A stretch of DNA of 64,000 nt from Candidatus Marinacidobacterium sp. (lineage in GTDB: Bacteria; Acidobacteriota; Vicinamibacteria; Marinacidobacterales; Marinacidobacteraceae): NCBI GenBank assembly GCA_965204755.1, contig OZ242011.1, positions 256,001 through 320,000 on the forward strand. Direction: 5' to 3'. Of this stretch, positions 20,168-29,014 are shown in pieces (positions within the stretch are counted from its first letter, which is position 1; each line of letters starts with the position of its first letter). The translations under genes were made by a program, and so were the position numbers. The notes beneath the pieces were generated by a model, which had not been told where the DNA came from, ran no database searches, and saw only the letters and a program-made list of their open reading frames with translations.

Positions 20168-21001
20168 TTGACCGCCGAAGGAAGCGGAACGGCGGCGCTC
20201 GCGGAAACGGAAGCGGACGAGCAGGAGCCGGCGCCGGAGGACGCCCCCCCGGCCGCGGCGTCCGAACCCCCGGCGGAGCCGGCGTCCCCGGCGGAGCCGC
20301 TGTCCGCAGCGGAGCCGCTGTCCCCGGCAGAGCCGCCGTCCCCGGCAGAGCCGCCGTCCGATACCGCCGAAGAAGCGCCGGCCCCGCCTCCCTACGAGCC
20401 CGACGACCTGGTCTTCTACCCGCAGATCGGTCACTGCGAGGTCGGCGCCGTCATCTCCGACGAGCAGACCGGACTCGACCTGCTGGAACTGACGCCGCGG
20501 GAATCCAGCGTCGCCGGCGCGGCGGCGAACCGCATCCTGGTCCCGCTCGACCAACTCGAACGGCGCGGCATCCGACGGTCCGGCGACGCCCCCGGCGTGA
20601 TCGAAGAGATCCTCGGTTCCGACTTCGAGCCGACGATCGAGGACGCCGCCGAGCGGCTCGACCTCATCACCGCGCAGGAGCGCGAAGGAACGGTCGGCAG
20701 CCTGGCGCTGGCCCTGAAGCGCCTCCACCTCCGCCGGGAGACCAAGGTGATCACCCGCGAAGAGGAGAAGCGCCGCGTGCGGATCCGCAAGTGGCTGGTC
20801 GCCGACTACATGGCCGAGGAGGAAGGCCGCACCGGCGGCCAGGCGCAGTCCGCGGTCACCGGCTTCCTCGCCCGCACCATGAAGGCGGTCCGCGCCCGCG
20901 AGGAAGCGGAGGCGATCGAGCGGAGACTGCGCGAGCGCGCCGAGCGCAAGGCCGAAGCCGCCAAGAAGAAGGCGCTCCGCAGGAAGGCCGAACGGGCCTG
21001 A
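20168..21001 (+). CDS. Divergent CarD-family RNA-polymerase-binding regulator with acidic Pro-rich N-terminus
   Basis: YEPDDLVFYPQIGHCEV...RILVPLDQLERRGIR resembles the CarD RID; helical C-terminal domain. Confidence 0.65.
   Translation: MTAEGSGTAALAETEADEQEPAPEDAPPAAASEPPAEPASPAEPLSAAEPLSPAEPPSPAEPPSDTAEEAPAPPPYEPDDLVFYPQIGHCEVGAVISDEQTGLDLLELTPRESSVAGAAANRILVPLDQLERRGIRRSGDAPGVIEEILGSDFEPTIEDAAERLDLITAQEREGTVGSLALALKRLHLRRETKVITREEEKRRVRIRKWLVADYMAEEEGRTGGQAQSAVTGFLARTMKAVRAREEAEAIERRLRERAERKAEAAKKKALRRKAERA
20267..20359 (+). repeat. In-frame 18-bp tandem repeat x5 (PAEPxS)
   Basis: ccccggcggagccggcgt / ccccggcggagccgctgt / ccgcagcggagccgctgt / ccccggcagagccgccgt x2. Confidence 0.85.
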
Positions 21002-21102
21002 ATCCGGCGGGGAACACCCTCCTCCGGAGACGCGGCGTTCCGGTCGGAGACCCGGACCGAGATGGGGCCCGCCGCCGAAACCGCGCCTCGAGAAACGCCT
21101 CG

Positions 21103-22734
21103 ATGAGCGCCTCCCGCCCGCTCTTCCCGCCCGGCGGGCCGAAACCGGCGACCGGCTGGCGGGCGCCCCGCCCCGCGCCGCCGCCCCGGCCCGCGCCCCG
21201 CGCCGAGGGGAACGGGGGAGGCGCCGAACCCGGCAGCGCCGACCGGCCCTACTCCGTGGTCGAGTTGAGCCGCCTGATCCGGAAGACGCTCGAAGACGGT
21301 TTCGGGCATCCCGTCTGGCTGGAGGGCGAGATCTCGGCGATCGGCGGGAGGGACCACCTCTTCCTGACCTTCCGGCAGGACGGCGCCGTCCTCGCCGCCA
21401 TCATCTGGGGGAGCGACGCGCGGAGACTCGATTTCCGCCCGGCGCAGGGCGACCGCGTGCGCGCGCGGGGCCGGATCAGCGCCTACGCCGGCGACAGCAA
21501 GTACCAGTTCCACATCAAGAACCTCCAGCCGGTCGGCCGGGGCGCGCTGCTCCTCGAACTCCGGGAGCGGGAGGAGCGCCTGCGGGCCGAGGGCCTGTTC
21601 GACGACGCCCGGAAGAAGCCCCTGCCCTACCTGCCCCTGCGGATCGGCCTCCTCACCGCGGCGGGCTCCAACGCGTACAACGACTTCGTCCAAACCGCCC
21701 ACCGGAGGTTCCCCGGCCTCCGCATCGTCGTCCGCGCCGCCACGGTCCAGGGCGTACGGGCCCCGGACGAACTCCGCGCCGGGATCCGGGCGCTCGACCG
21801 GCGGGGACTCGACCTCATCGTCGTAACCCGGGGCGGCGGGAGTTTCGAGCAACTCCTCCCGTTCAGCGAAGAAGCGGTGGTTCGCGCGGCCGCGGCCTGC
21901 TCCACCCCGCTGGTGAGCGCCGTCGGCCACGAGGACGACCGGCCCCTCCTCGACTTCGCCGCCGACTACCGGGCCAAGACCCCCACCGCCGCCGCCGAGG
22001 AAGTGATCCGCAACCGCGGGGAACTCCGGCAGGAACTCGCCTCCCGCGAGCGGGACGCGCGGTTGTCGGCGCGCGCCGCCCTGGGCGCCGCGGCGCAGCG
22101 GCTGGCCGCCCTCGCGGAACACCGCGGCCGGACCGCGCTGCCGCACCACCTGCGCCGGCAGGCGGACGCCCTGCGCCTCCTCGGCAACCGCGCGAAGAGC
22201 GCCTTCCGCGCCGCCGCCGACGCCCGCCGCGAGCGCGCCGAACGGCTGCGCGCTTCCGCGGCGACGGGACATCCGGCGCGCCAACTCGCCGCCCGGAGCG
22301 ACGCGCTCGCCGCCCTGCGCCGCCGCCTCGCCGCGACCGCGCCGTTCGCCGCGCGGGAGCGGCGGCTCCTCGGGGCGGCCGCCCGGCTCTCGCCGGAACC
22401 GCTCCGGGAGAGGGTCGCCGCGGCGCGGGAGGACTGCCGCCGGCGCCTCGCCCGGGCCGGCCGCGCCGTCGGGAACCGCCTGGCCTCGGCGGCGGCCCGC
22501 GCCGCCGGGCGCGCCGAAGCGCTCGCCGCCCTCGATCCGACAGCGGTGCTCCGGCGGGGATACAGCGTCACCCTCGACCGGGACGGACGCGCCCTCCGTT
22601 CCGCCGAAGAGGTCCGGCCGGGCGAACCGGTGCGGATCACCCTCGCCCGCGGCGCACTCGGCGCGCGGGTCGAGGAAGTCATCCTGAACCGCGCCCCCGG
22701 CGAGCCGAACCGATCCCCCGGCGAGACCCCGTGA
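21103..22734 (+). CDS. xseA: Exodeoxyribonuclease VII large subunit
   Basis: VWLEGEIS, EGLFDDARKKPLP, VQG, RGGGSFEQLLPFSEE, VSAVGHEDD, TPTAAAE, DPTAVLRRGYS. Confidence 0.93.
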   Translation: MSASRPLFPPGGPKPATGWRAPRPAPPPRPAPRAEGNGGGAEPGSADRPYSVVELSRLIRKTLEDGFGHPVWLEGEISAIGGRDHLFLTFRQDGAVLAAIIWGSDARRLDFRPAQGDRVRARGRISAYAGDSKYQFHIKNLQPVGRGALLLELREREERLRAEGLFDDARKKPLPYLPLRIGLLTAAGSNAYNDFVQTAHRRFPGLRIVVRAATVQGVRAPDELRAGIRALDRRGLDLIVVTRGGGSFEQLLPFSEEAVVRAAAACSTPLVSAVGHEDDRPLLDFAADYRAKTPTAAAEEVIRNRGELRQELASRERDARLSARAALGAAAQRLAALAEHRGRTALPHHLRRQADALRLLGNRAKSAFRAAADARRERAERLRASAATGHPARQLAARSDALAALRRRLAATAPFAARERRLLGAAARLSPEPLRERVAAAREDCRRRLARAGRAVGNRLASAAARAAGRAEALAALDPTAVLRRGYSVTLDRDGRALRSAEEVRPGEPVRITLARGALGARVEEVILNRAPGEPNRSPGETP

Positions 22735-23249
22735 GCGGGACCGACGAGGCCCGGAAGGCCGAAGGGTCCCCGCCGGGTCTCGGGGACTACGAGCGCCTCG
22801 AAACCGGCCTGCGGCAGGCCGTCGAGCGGCTGGGCGCCGAGGAGTTGCCGCTCGAAAAGCGGCTCGCGCTCCACGGCCGGGCGGTTCGACTGCAGGGCCG
22901 GGCGGAGGAGTTGCTCCGGGCCGCCCGGCGGAAGACGGAGGCCGTCGAGCAGGCCGCCGAGGAAGACTCCGCGCCGGACGAGCCGGCGGCGGACACCCCC
23001 GGCGCGGAAGAGACCGAGCCCTACGAGTCCCTCCACGAGCGCCTGGAACAAGCCGTCCGCCGGCTCGAGGAAAGCGGGGACGACCTCCCTCTCGAGGAAG
23101 TCGTCCGCCTCCACGCGGAAGCGCACGAACTCGCCGCCCGCTGCAACGCGATCCTGAAGGCCGCGCATGGCCGGATCGAAACCTTGGAGGCGAGCCGGGA
23201 AGGCGTCGGGGACCCGCCGGCGGACGAGGACGACGGTGTCCCGTCCTGA
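22731..23249 (+). CDS. xseB: Exodeoxyribonuclease VII small subunit, tandem two-domain form
   Basis: Two XseB-like units: YERLETGLRQAVERLGAEELPLE... and YESLHERLEQAVRRLEESGDDLPLEE...C...L..A..RI; between xseA and ispA. Confidence 0.75.
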   Translation: MSGTDEARKAEGSPPGLGDYERLETGLRQAVERLGAEELPLEKRLALHGRAVRLQGRAEELLRAARRKTEAVEQAAEEDSAPDEPAADTPGAEETEPYESLHERLEQAVRRLEESGDDLPLEEVVRLHAEAHELAARCNAILKAAHGRIETLEASREGVGDPPADEDDGVPS

Positions 23250-24201
23250 GCCCCCGGCGGACGACGAGCCTGCCCCGGCGCCCGCGGGCGGCGGTGAACT
23301 CGACGCCTTCCTCCGGGAGTCCGCCGACCGGGTCGAAGACTTCCTCGACCGCCTCCTCCCGTCAGCGGGAGCGAACCCGGCCGGCCCGGCCCTCCCCGCC
23401 GCCATGCGGCACGCGGCCCTCGGCGGGGGCAAACGGATCCGGCCGGCGGTGGCGATGGCCGCCTCGGTAACCGTCGGCGGGAGGGCTCTGGACGCGCTCC
23501 ACCCCGCCGGCGCGGTGGAGATGATCCACACCTATTCCCTCATCCACGACGACCTCCCCTGCATGGACGACGACGAGTTGCGGCGCGGCCGGCCGACCGT
23601 CCATGTGGCCTACGGCGAAGCGATGGCGGTGCTGGCGGGGGACGCCCTCCACGCGCTCGCCTTCGAGACCCTCGCCGGCCCTTCGCCGGCGAACGGGTTG
23701 CCCCCGGCCCGGCGCGCGGAAGCCGTCCGGCGGCTCGCCGCCGCCGGCGGGCACGCCGGAATGGCCGGCGGCCAAGCCCTGGACATCGAGGCGGAGACGC
23801 GCCCGCCGGACGCCTCCGGCCTGGAGGCGATCCACCGCCGGAAGACCGGGGCGCTGCTCGGGGCGGCGGCGGCGCTCGGCGCGCTCGCCGGCGGGGGCTC
23901 GGCGGAGCAGGTCGAGGCGCTCGACCGGGCGGGCCGGGAACTGGGGCTGGTCTTCCAGATCGTGGACGACCTCCTGGACGAGGAAGCAACCACCGAGGCC
24001 CTCGGCAAGTCGGCGGGGAAGGACCGCGCCGCCGGCAAGGCCACCTACCCCGCCCTCCACGGGCTCGCCGCCGCGCGGGACGAGGCCCGGCGGCGCACCG
24101 GGAGCGTCCGGCAACGGATCGCCGCCGTCCCGGACGCCTCCCGGACCGGCGTACGCCTCCTGCAGGGACTCGCCGCCCGTATCCTCCACCGGGGCGCCTG
24201 A
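23236..24201 (+). CDS. ispA: Polyprenyl (farnesyl/geranylgeranyl) diphosphate synthase
   Basis: GGKRIRP, SLIHDDLPCMDDDELRRGRPT, GQALD, KTG, FQIVDDLLD, GKSAGKD. Confidence 0.93.
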   Translation: MSRPEPPADDEPAPAPAGGGELDAFLRESADRVEDFLDRLLPSAGANPAGPALPAAMRHAALGGGKRIRPAVAMAASVTVGGRALDALHPAGAVEMIHTYSLIHDDLPCMDDDELRRGRPTVHVAYGEAMAVLAGDALHALAFETLAGPSPANGLPPARRAEAVRRLAAAGGHAGMAGGQALDIEAETRPPDASGLEAIHRRKTGALLGAAAALGALAGGGSAEQVEALDRAGRELGLVFQIVDDLLDEEATTEALGKSAGKDRAAGKATYPALHGLAAARDEARRRTGSVRQRIAAVPDASRTGVRLLQGLAARILHRGA

Positions 24202-24231
24202 CCGCCCCCCTCCCCTCCCCCGGAGACCGCC

Positions 24232-25272
24232 GTGGCCGAGACCAGGAAAGCGCGCCGCCCCGGCCGGCCGCGCCGCGCCCGCGCGGAGGAAGCGTCCCGC
24301 CGCTTCGTCCTCCCCGAGGGCCGCGCCCCCCGGATCGGGCTCGCGGCGAAAGTCGCCGCCCCGGAAGCGGCGGAGACCGCTGGGCTCCTCTCCCGCTGGC
24401 TCGCCGGGCGCGGCGTGGAACTCCGAGTCGAAGCCGGCCTCGCCGACGCCGCCGGCTGGCGCGGGGACGCCGCGCCCCTCGAGCGCCTGGGGGACGGCCG
24501 CGACCTGATGGTGGTGCTCGGCGGGGACGGGACGATGCTCTCCGCCGCCCGGGCCATCGGCGCCGCGCAGGTCCCCATCTTCGGGGTGAACCTGGGCAGT
24601 CTGGGATTCCTCACCAAGGCGCCGCTCGACCAGTTGTATCCCGCGGTCGAGGCGATCCTCGACGGGCAGGCGCTCCGCGACGAACGGACCACGCTGGCGG
24701 TCACGCTGCGGAGGAACGGCGAGACGCTCCGCGAGGACAATGTCCTGAACGATGTGGTGGTTACCGGGGGAGCGATCGCCCGCGTCCTGGAAGTGCGCAT
24801 CCGCACCAGCCGCGGCTTCGTGGCGACGGTGCTCGGCGACGGCGTCATCGTGGCGACGCCCACCGGCTCCACCGCCTACAACCTGGGCGCCGGCGGCCCG
24901 GTGGTGCACCCGGCGGTGGAGGCGATCGTCCTGGTGCCCATCGTGCCGCTGACCCTGACCCAGCGCCCGGTGGTGTTCCCGGACTCCGAGGAGTTGACCC
25001 TCGAACTCCGGGGCCGGCAGCAGCCGGTGCATGTGACCTTCGACGGCCAGGCGAGCCAGCCGCTCCTCCCCGGGGACTCCCTGCGGCTCGCCAAGTCCCC
25101 GGTGCGCGTGAGCCTGCTCAGCCTCCCCGACCACGACTACTTCCGGGTCCTCCGCCGGAAACTCCTCTGGAGCGCCCTCCCCCCGAAGCGCGCCCGCCGC
25201 CCGGTCCCCGCGCCGCCGGGAGACGCGCCGGAAGACCCCGAGGAGCCGCCGCCGGTTCGCTCGGGACAGTGA
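24232..25272 (+). CDS. nadK: NAD(+) kinase
   Basis: LGGDGTML, GVNLGSLGFL, LND, DGVIVATPTGSTAYNL.AGGP. Confidence 0.93.
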   Translation: MAETRKARRPGRPRRARAEEASRRFVLPEGRAPRIGLAAKVAAPEAAETAGLLSRWLAGRGVELRVEAGLADAAGWRGDAAPLERLGDGRDLMVVLGGDGTMLSAARAIGAAQVPIFGVNLGSLGFLTKAPLDQLYPAVEAILDGQALRDERTTLAVTLRRNGETLREDNVLNDVVVTGGAIARVLEVRIRTSRGFVATVLGDGVIVATPTGSTAYNLGAGGPVVHPAVEAIVLVPIVPLTLTQRPVVFPDSEELTLELRGRQQPVHVTFDGQASQPLLPGDSLRLAKSPVRVSLLSLPDHDYFRVLRRKLLWSALPPKRARRPVPAPPGDAPEDPEEPPPVRSGQ

Positions 25273-25461
25273 CGACCGGCGCGTCGCCGACTCCTCCCCG
25301 GACCTCCGGGAACCCCGCCGCCGGAGAGGGATGACGGCCCTGCCGGCGTCTCCGGCGCCCTCCGATCGCGGCCCGCGCGCCGCCGCGGCTCAAGGCGGTT
25401 CGAGTCCGTGAAGGGCGTCGTTCCCGGTTTCCTCCGCCGCTCGCGGCGCTCGATCGCCGCG

Positions 25462-28400
25462 ATGACCGGCAGCCGGACCCTTCCGGGCGGCCCCGCGGCG
25501 TACCTCGCCGTCGTTTCCGCGCTGGCCGCGGCCCTGGTGACGGCGCGCCTGTTCACTTGGGGAGCGGGCTGGCACTGGGACTCCGTCCGCTACCTCGCCG
25601 CGGCGCGCTCGCTGCTGGCCGGAAGCGGGTTCCTGGACGCCGACTCCGCGCCCGGATACCACCTCTGGCCTCCGCTCTATCCGCTGCTGCTGGCCGCGGG
25701 CGGCCTCTTCGTCGACCCCGTCGAAATCCCCGGCCCGCTGAACGCAGCCGCCTTCGCGCTGACGATCTTCTGCTTCGGCCGCTACCTGTGGACCCGCCTG
25801 GACTCGCCCTTCCTCCGGGTCTGGGCGCCGCTCGCCTGCGCGCTCTCCCTCCCGCTCGCGGAGAACGCCCGCTGGGCGATGACCGAGACGATCTTCATCC
25901 TGCTGGTGACGCTCGCGCTCATGGGCGTCGACGAGTACCGGGCGAACGGCTCGTCGAAGGCCCTCGTCTTCGCCGCGGCGTTCTCCGCCCTGGCCTGGCA
26001 AACCAGACACGCCGGAGCGGCGCTGGTCGTGGCCGCGGGGCTCCTGATCCTGTCGGACCGGCGGCGGCCGTTCCGCGAACGGTTGGGGCACTCGGCGATC
26101 TTCGGCGCCATAACCGGCGCGCCCATGGCGCTGTGGCTCTGGCGGACTCACCGCCTCCTCGGGACGCCGATCACGACCGTCCGCCCGGAAACGGCGCTCG
26201 GCTGGCGAGAGATCTTCGACGGCACGGTCAGCCGCCTGGCGAGTTGGACCGACTTCGATACCGGGCCCGCGACGCTCGCCGTCGTCTCGTCCCTGGCGCT
26301 CGCCGCGGTTCTCGCCCGGAAGCGGCTCCGGACGACCGGCCTCCTGACGAGCGGCCGCCCGACGAGCGGCCGCGCCGTAACCGGCCCGAACTGGCTGGCG
26401 GCGTGGGGGCTCTTCTGGCTCCTGTATCTCGTCCTCGTAGTGGTCGCGCTGCGTACGGGATCCACCTGGCACGGCGTGCAGGGCCGTCACCTCACGCCGC
26501 TGTTTGTCCCGACGGTGGCCGTCGTGGCCGGCCTGTGCGACCGGTTCTTCGCCCGTACGCGAAACCGCCGCGCGGTCGCAGCCGCCGTTGGAGCAGCGGG
26601 ACCCTTTCGTCGGGCCGGCAACGGTCTCCGCCGCCTGTCGGGCCCGGCCTCCCGGATCGCCGCAGTGACCCTGCTGTCCTGCTGGTTGGTCGGACAGGCC
26701 GGCCCCGCCGTCGAGGCCGTCGCCATCGAGAACTCGGGGGATTCCACCCGGACCGGTTACGGCTCGGCTCGATGGGCCGACTCGGAGATGCTGCGCGCCC
26801 TTCGCCCGTCCGCCGCGGCGCCGCGCCCCGACGCCAGGCTGTATTCCAATGTCCGGTCGGCCGTGTCGTTGTATGCAGGCGCGCTCGGCATGTTCTACAT
26901 ACCGCCGAGTCGCGAACTCGCCGTAGAAGCGGTACGGGCCCGGTGGCTCGACCGAGTGCCCGACGGGAGCCGCATCGCCTGGTTTCGGCGATGGGAGCAG
27001 GGCCGGGAGCGCTTCGCCCCGACGCCGTTCTCGCTGCGGGTATCGCCGAGTCTCGTTCCGGTCGGCGAGTTCGCCGACGGAACGATCTTCGAAGTCGATC
27101 GGACTCCTTCGCCGGCGATGCCTTCCCCGCTGACGATCCACTTCGACTCGGTGGTCGCCGACTCGCCGGACGCGCTGCGGGCGGGCGAGGTGTTCGACCT
27201 GTACATCGAGGGAGGCAACCTCTGGTACCACCGGCAACCCTGCGTTCCCGGCGATGTGGAGGAACGATTCCGACTGGCCCTCACGGGCTCGACCCTCGAG
27301 GACCCGGACGGGCGCCGCCGAAAGAACCTGGACTTCGACTTCGCCGATTACGGGGTCCTGTCGAACGGCCGGTGCCTGGCCGTCGTCCCGCTTCGCGCGG
27401 ACGGCCACTCGAAGTTCGAGACCGGCCAGCGGTCCGGGCCGACCCCGTGGCGGGCCTCGGGGCTGCTCGATCCGGAGGGACATCGGGAGGCGCTTCGTTC
27501 GCTGACGGCGGGGGAGTGGGGTGAACCCGAGGCGCGGGCCGCCTTCGATGTCTATCTCGACGGAAACGAGATCCGGTACTTCCGGGAACCGTGCGACGCC
27601 CGCGATGCGGAGGCCCGATTCTTCTTGCACTTCTACGGCCCGCCGACCGAGTGGACGCCCGGTTCGCCGGCGGATGCGGCCCGGAGGCGGGTGTTCGCAA
27701 ACCGGGACTTCGCTTTCTTCGAATACGGCGTCATCCTCGGCGACCGTTGCCTGGCGATGGTTCCGGCGGCGGACCCGGCCGCCTACCGCGTCTCGACCGG
27801 CCAGTTCGCGGCGGGGGAAACGCCGGACTGGAGCGTCGACCTGTGGCCCGGGAAGCGCCTGCTCGAATCGCAACTCGAATCCATCTCCTCCGGCCGGCTC
27901 GGCGAGCCGCAGGCCCGCTCCGCTTTCGATCTCTACTTCCGCGAAGACGAGATCCTCTACTACCGGGCGCCCTGTTCCGCGGCCGACCTGGAAGGGAGAT
28001 TCGCCCTCTCCCTCCACCCGGCCGCCGGCCTCGCGCCCGGAGGCGAACCGCTGAACCGGGACTTCGACTTCCACGCCCACGGCATCCTCGAGGACGGGAG
28101 ATGCCTCGCGCTCGTCCCCCTTCCGGAGGGGCGTTTCGGAAGAGTGGAGACCGGCCAGTGGGCCGGCGCCGGGCCCTGGCGGGTCTCGCGGCGGCTCGAC
28201 CTCGACCGCTACCGCGCCGCGCTCGCTTCGTGGACGGAAGGGGAATGGGGCGAACCCGAGGTCCGGGCCGCGTTCGACCTCTACGACCGAGAGGGGGAAA
28301 TCCGCTATGTCAGGAAGCCCTGCGCGGCCGGGGACACGGAGGCGCGGTTCTACCTCCACTTCCACCGGGTCGGGGACCCGGCGGCCGAGAACCGGGACTT

Positions 28401-28932
28401 CGACTTCGAGGAGTACGGCGTGAGGCTGGGCGACGCCTGCCTGGCGATCGCGCCGCAGCCGCAGGGGGACTTCCGTCGGATCGCGACCGGTCAATTCATC
28501 GGCGGGAGCGCCCCGATCTGGCGGGCGGAACTCCGACCGGAGAGGCGGCGGCGCGAATCGCTTCTCGAATCCATCGCCGCCGGCCGCCGAGGCCCGCCGG
28601 CGGCGCGTTCCAACTTCGACCTCCACCTCATCGACTCGGCGCTGGTGTTCCATCGGGCGGACTGCTCGGCGGACGATGCGGAAGCGCGTTTCTTCCTCCA
28701 CCTCTACGCGGAAGACGCCGCGGACCTCCCGCCGGCGCGGAGGAACGACGGCTTCGAGAATCGGGACTTCGACTTCGGCGACTTCGGCGACTCGCTCGCC
28801 GGCGCCTGTATCGCGCGCGTCCCGCTTCCCGACTACCCGATCTCGCGGATTCGAACCGGGCAATTCCGCCCCGGCGGCGAAACCCTCTGGAGCGCCGAAC
28901 CGCGACTCCGCCCTGCGGGCCCCCCGCGCTGA
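25462..28932 (+). CDS. GT-C (ArnT/PMT-like) membrane glycosyltransferase fused to five ~120-aa Cys-containing extracytoplasmic repeats
   Basis: WDSVRYLAAARSL, WPPLYPLLLA, MTE, RHLTP; C-terminal 5x FDLY...YxRxPC...EARFFLH...NRDFDF...CLA...TGQF. Confidence 0.75.
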   Translation: MTGSRTLPGGPAAYLAVVSALAAALVTARLFTWGAGWHWDSVRYLAAARSLLAGSGFLDADSAPGYHLWPPLYPLLLAAGGLFVDPVEIPGPLNAAAFALTIFCFGRYLWTRLDSPFLRVWAPLACALSLPLAENARWAMTETIFILLVTLALMGVDEYRANGSSKALVFAAAFSALAWQTRHAGAALVVAAGLLILSDRRRPFRERLGHSAIFGAITGAPMALWLWRTHRLLGTPITTVRPETALGWREIFDGTVSRLASWTDFDTGPATLAVVSSLALAAVLARKRLRTTGLLTSGRPTSGRAVTGPNWLAAWGLFWLLYLVLVVVALRTGSTWHGVQGRHLTPLFVPTVAVVAGLCDRFFARTRNRRAVAAAVGAAGPFRRAGNGLRRLSGPASRIAAVTLLSCWLVGQAGPAVEAVAIENSGDSTRTGYGSARWADSEMLRALRPSAAAPRPDARLYSNVRSAVSLYAGALGMFYIPPSRELAVEAVRARWLDRVPDGSRIAWFRRWEQGRERFAPTPFSLRVSPSLVPVGEFADGTIFEVDRTPSPAMPSPLTIHFDSVVADSPDALRAGEVFDLYIEGGNLWYHRQPCVPGDVEERFRLALTGSTLEDPDGRRRKNLDFDFADYGVLSNGRCLAVVPLRADGHSKFETGQRSGPTPWRASGLLDPEGHREALRSLTAGEWGEPEARAAFDVYLDGNEIRYFREPCDARDAEARFFLHFYGPPTEWTPGSPADAARRRVFANRDFAFFEYGVILGDRCLAMVPAADPAAYRVSTGQFAAGETPDWSVDLWPGKRLLESQLESISSGRLGEPQARSAFDLYFREDEILYYRAPCSAADLEGRFALSLHPAAGLAPGGEPLNRDFDFHAHGILEDGRCLALVPLPEGRFGRVETGQWAGAGPWRVSRRLDLDRYRAALASWTEGEWGEPEVRAAFDLYDREGEIRYVRKPCAAGDTEARFYLHFHRVGDPAAENRDFDFEEYGVRLGDACLAIAPQPQGDFRRIATGQFIGGSAPIWRAELRPERRRRESLLESIAAGRRGPPAARSNFDLHLIDSALVFHRADCSADDAEARFFLHLYAEDAADLPPARRNDGFENRDFDFGDFGDSLAGACIARVPLPDYPISRIRTGQFRPGGETLWSAEPRLRPAGPPR

Positions 28933-28968
28933 GCCGCCCGTCGAGAAAGTCCGGAAGCCAATTCGACG

Positions 28969-28996
28969 CCCGGCCGCGCGGGTTGGCGCGGCCGGG
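28969..28996. terminator. Hairpin between convergent genes (putative bidirectional terminator)
   Basis: cccggccgcgc-N6-gcgcggccggg, perfect 11-bp stem; no U tract. Confidence 0.45.
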
Positions 28997-29014
28997 TTCA
29001 CCGCCGGAGCGAAC

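Noticed and set aside
25390-29001. Very long antisense or alternate-frame ORFs (also 15354-18860, 34486-37767, 53140-57255 and others)
   Set aside because: Arg/Pro/Gly-rich with no motifs; expected from stop-codon scarcity at this GC content, each overlapping a recognisable gene
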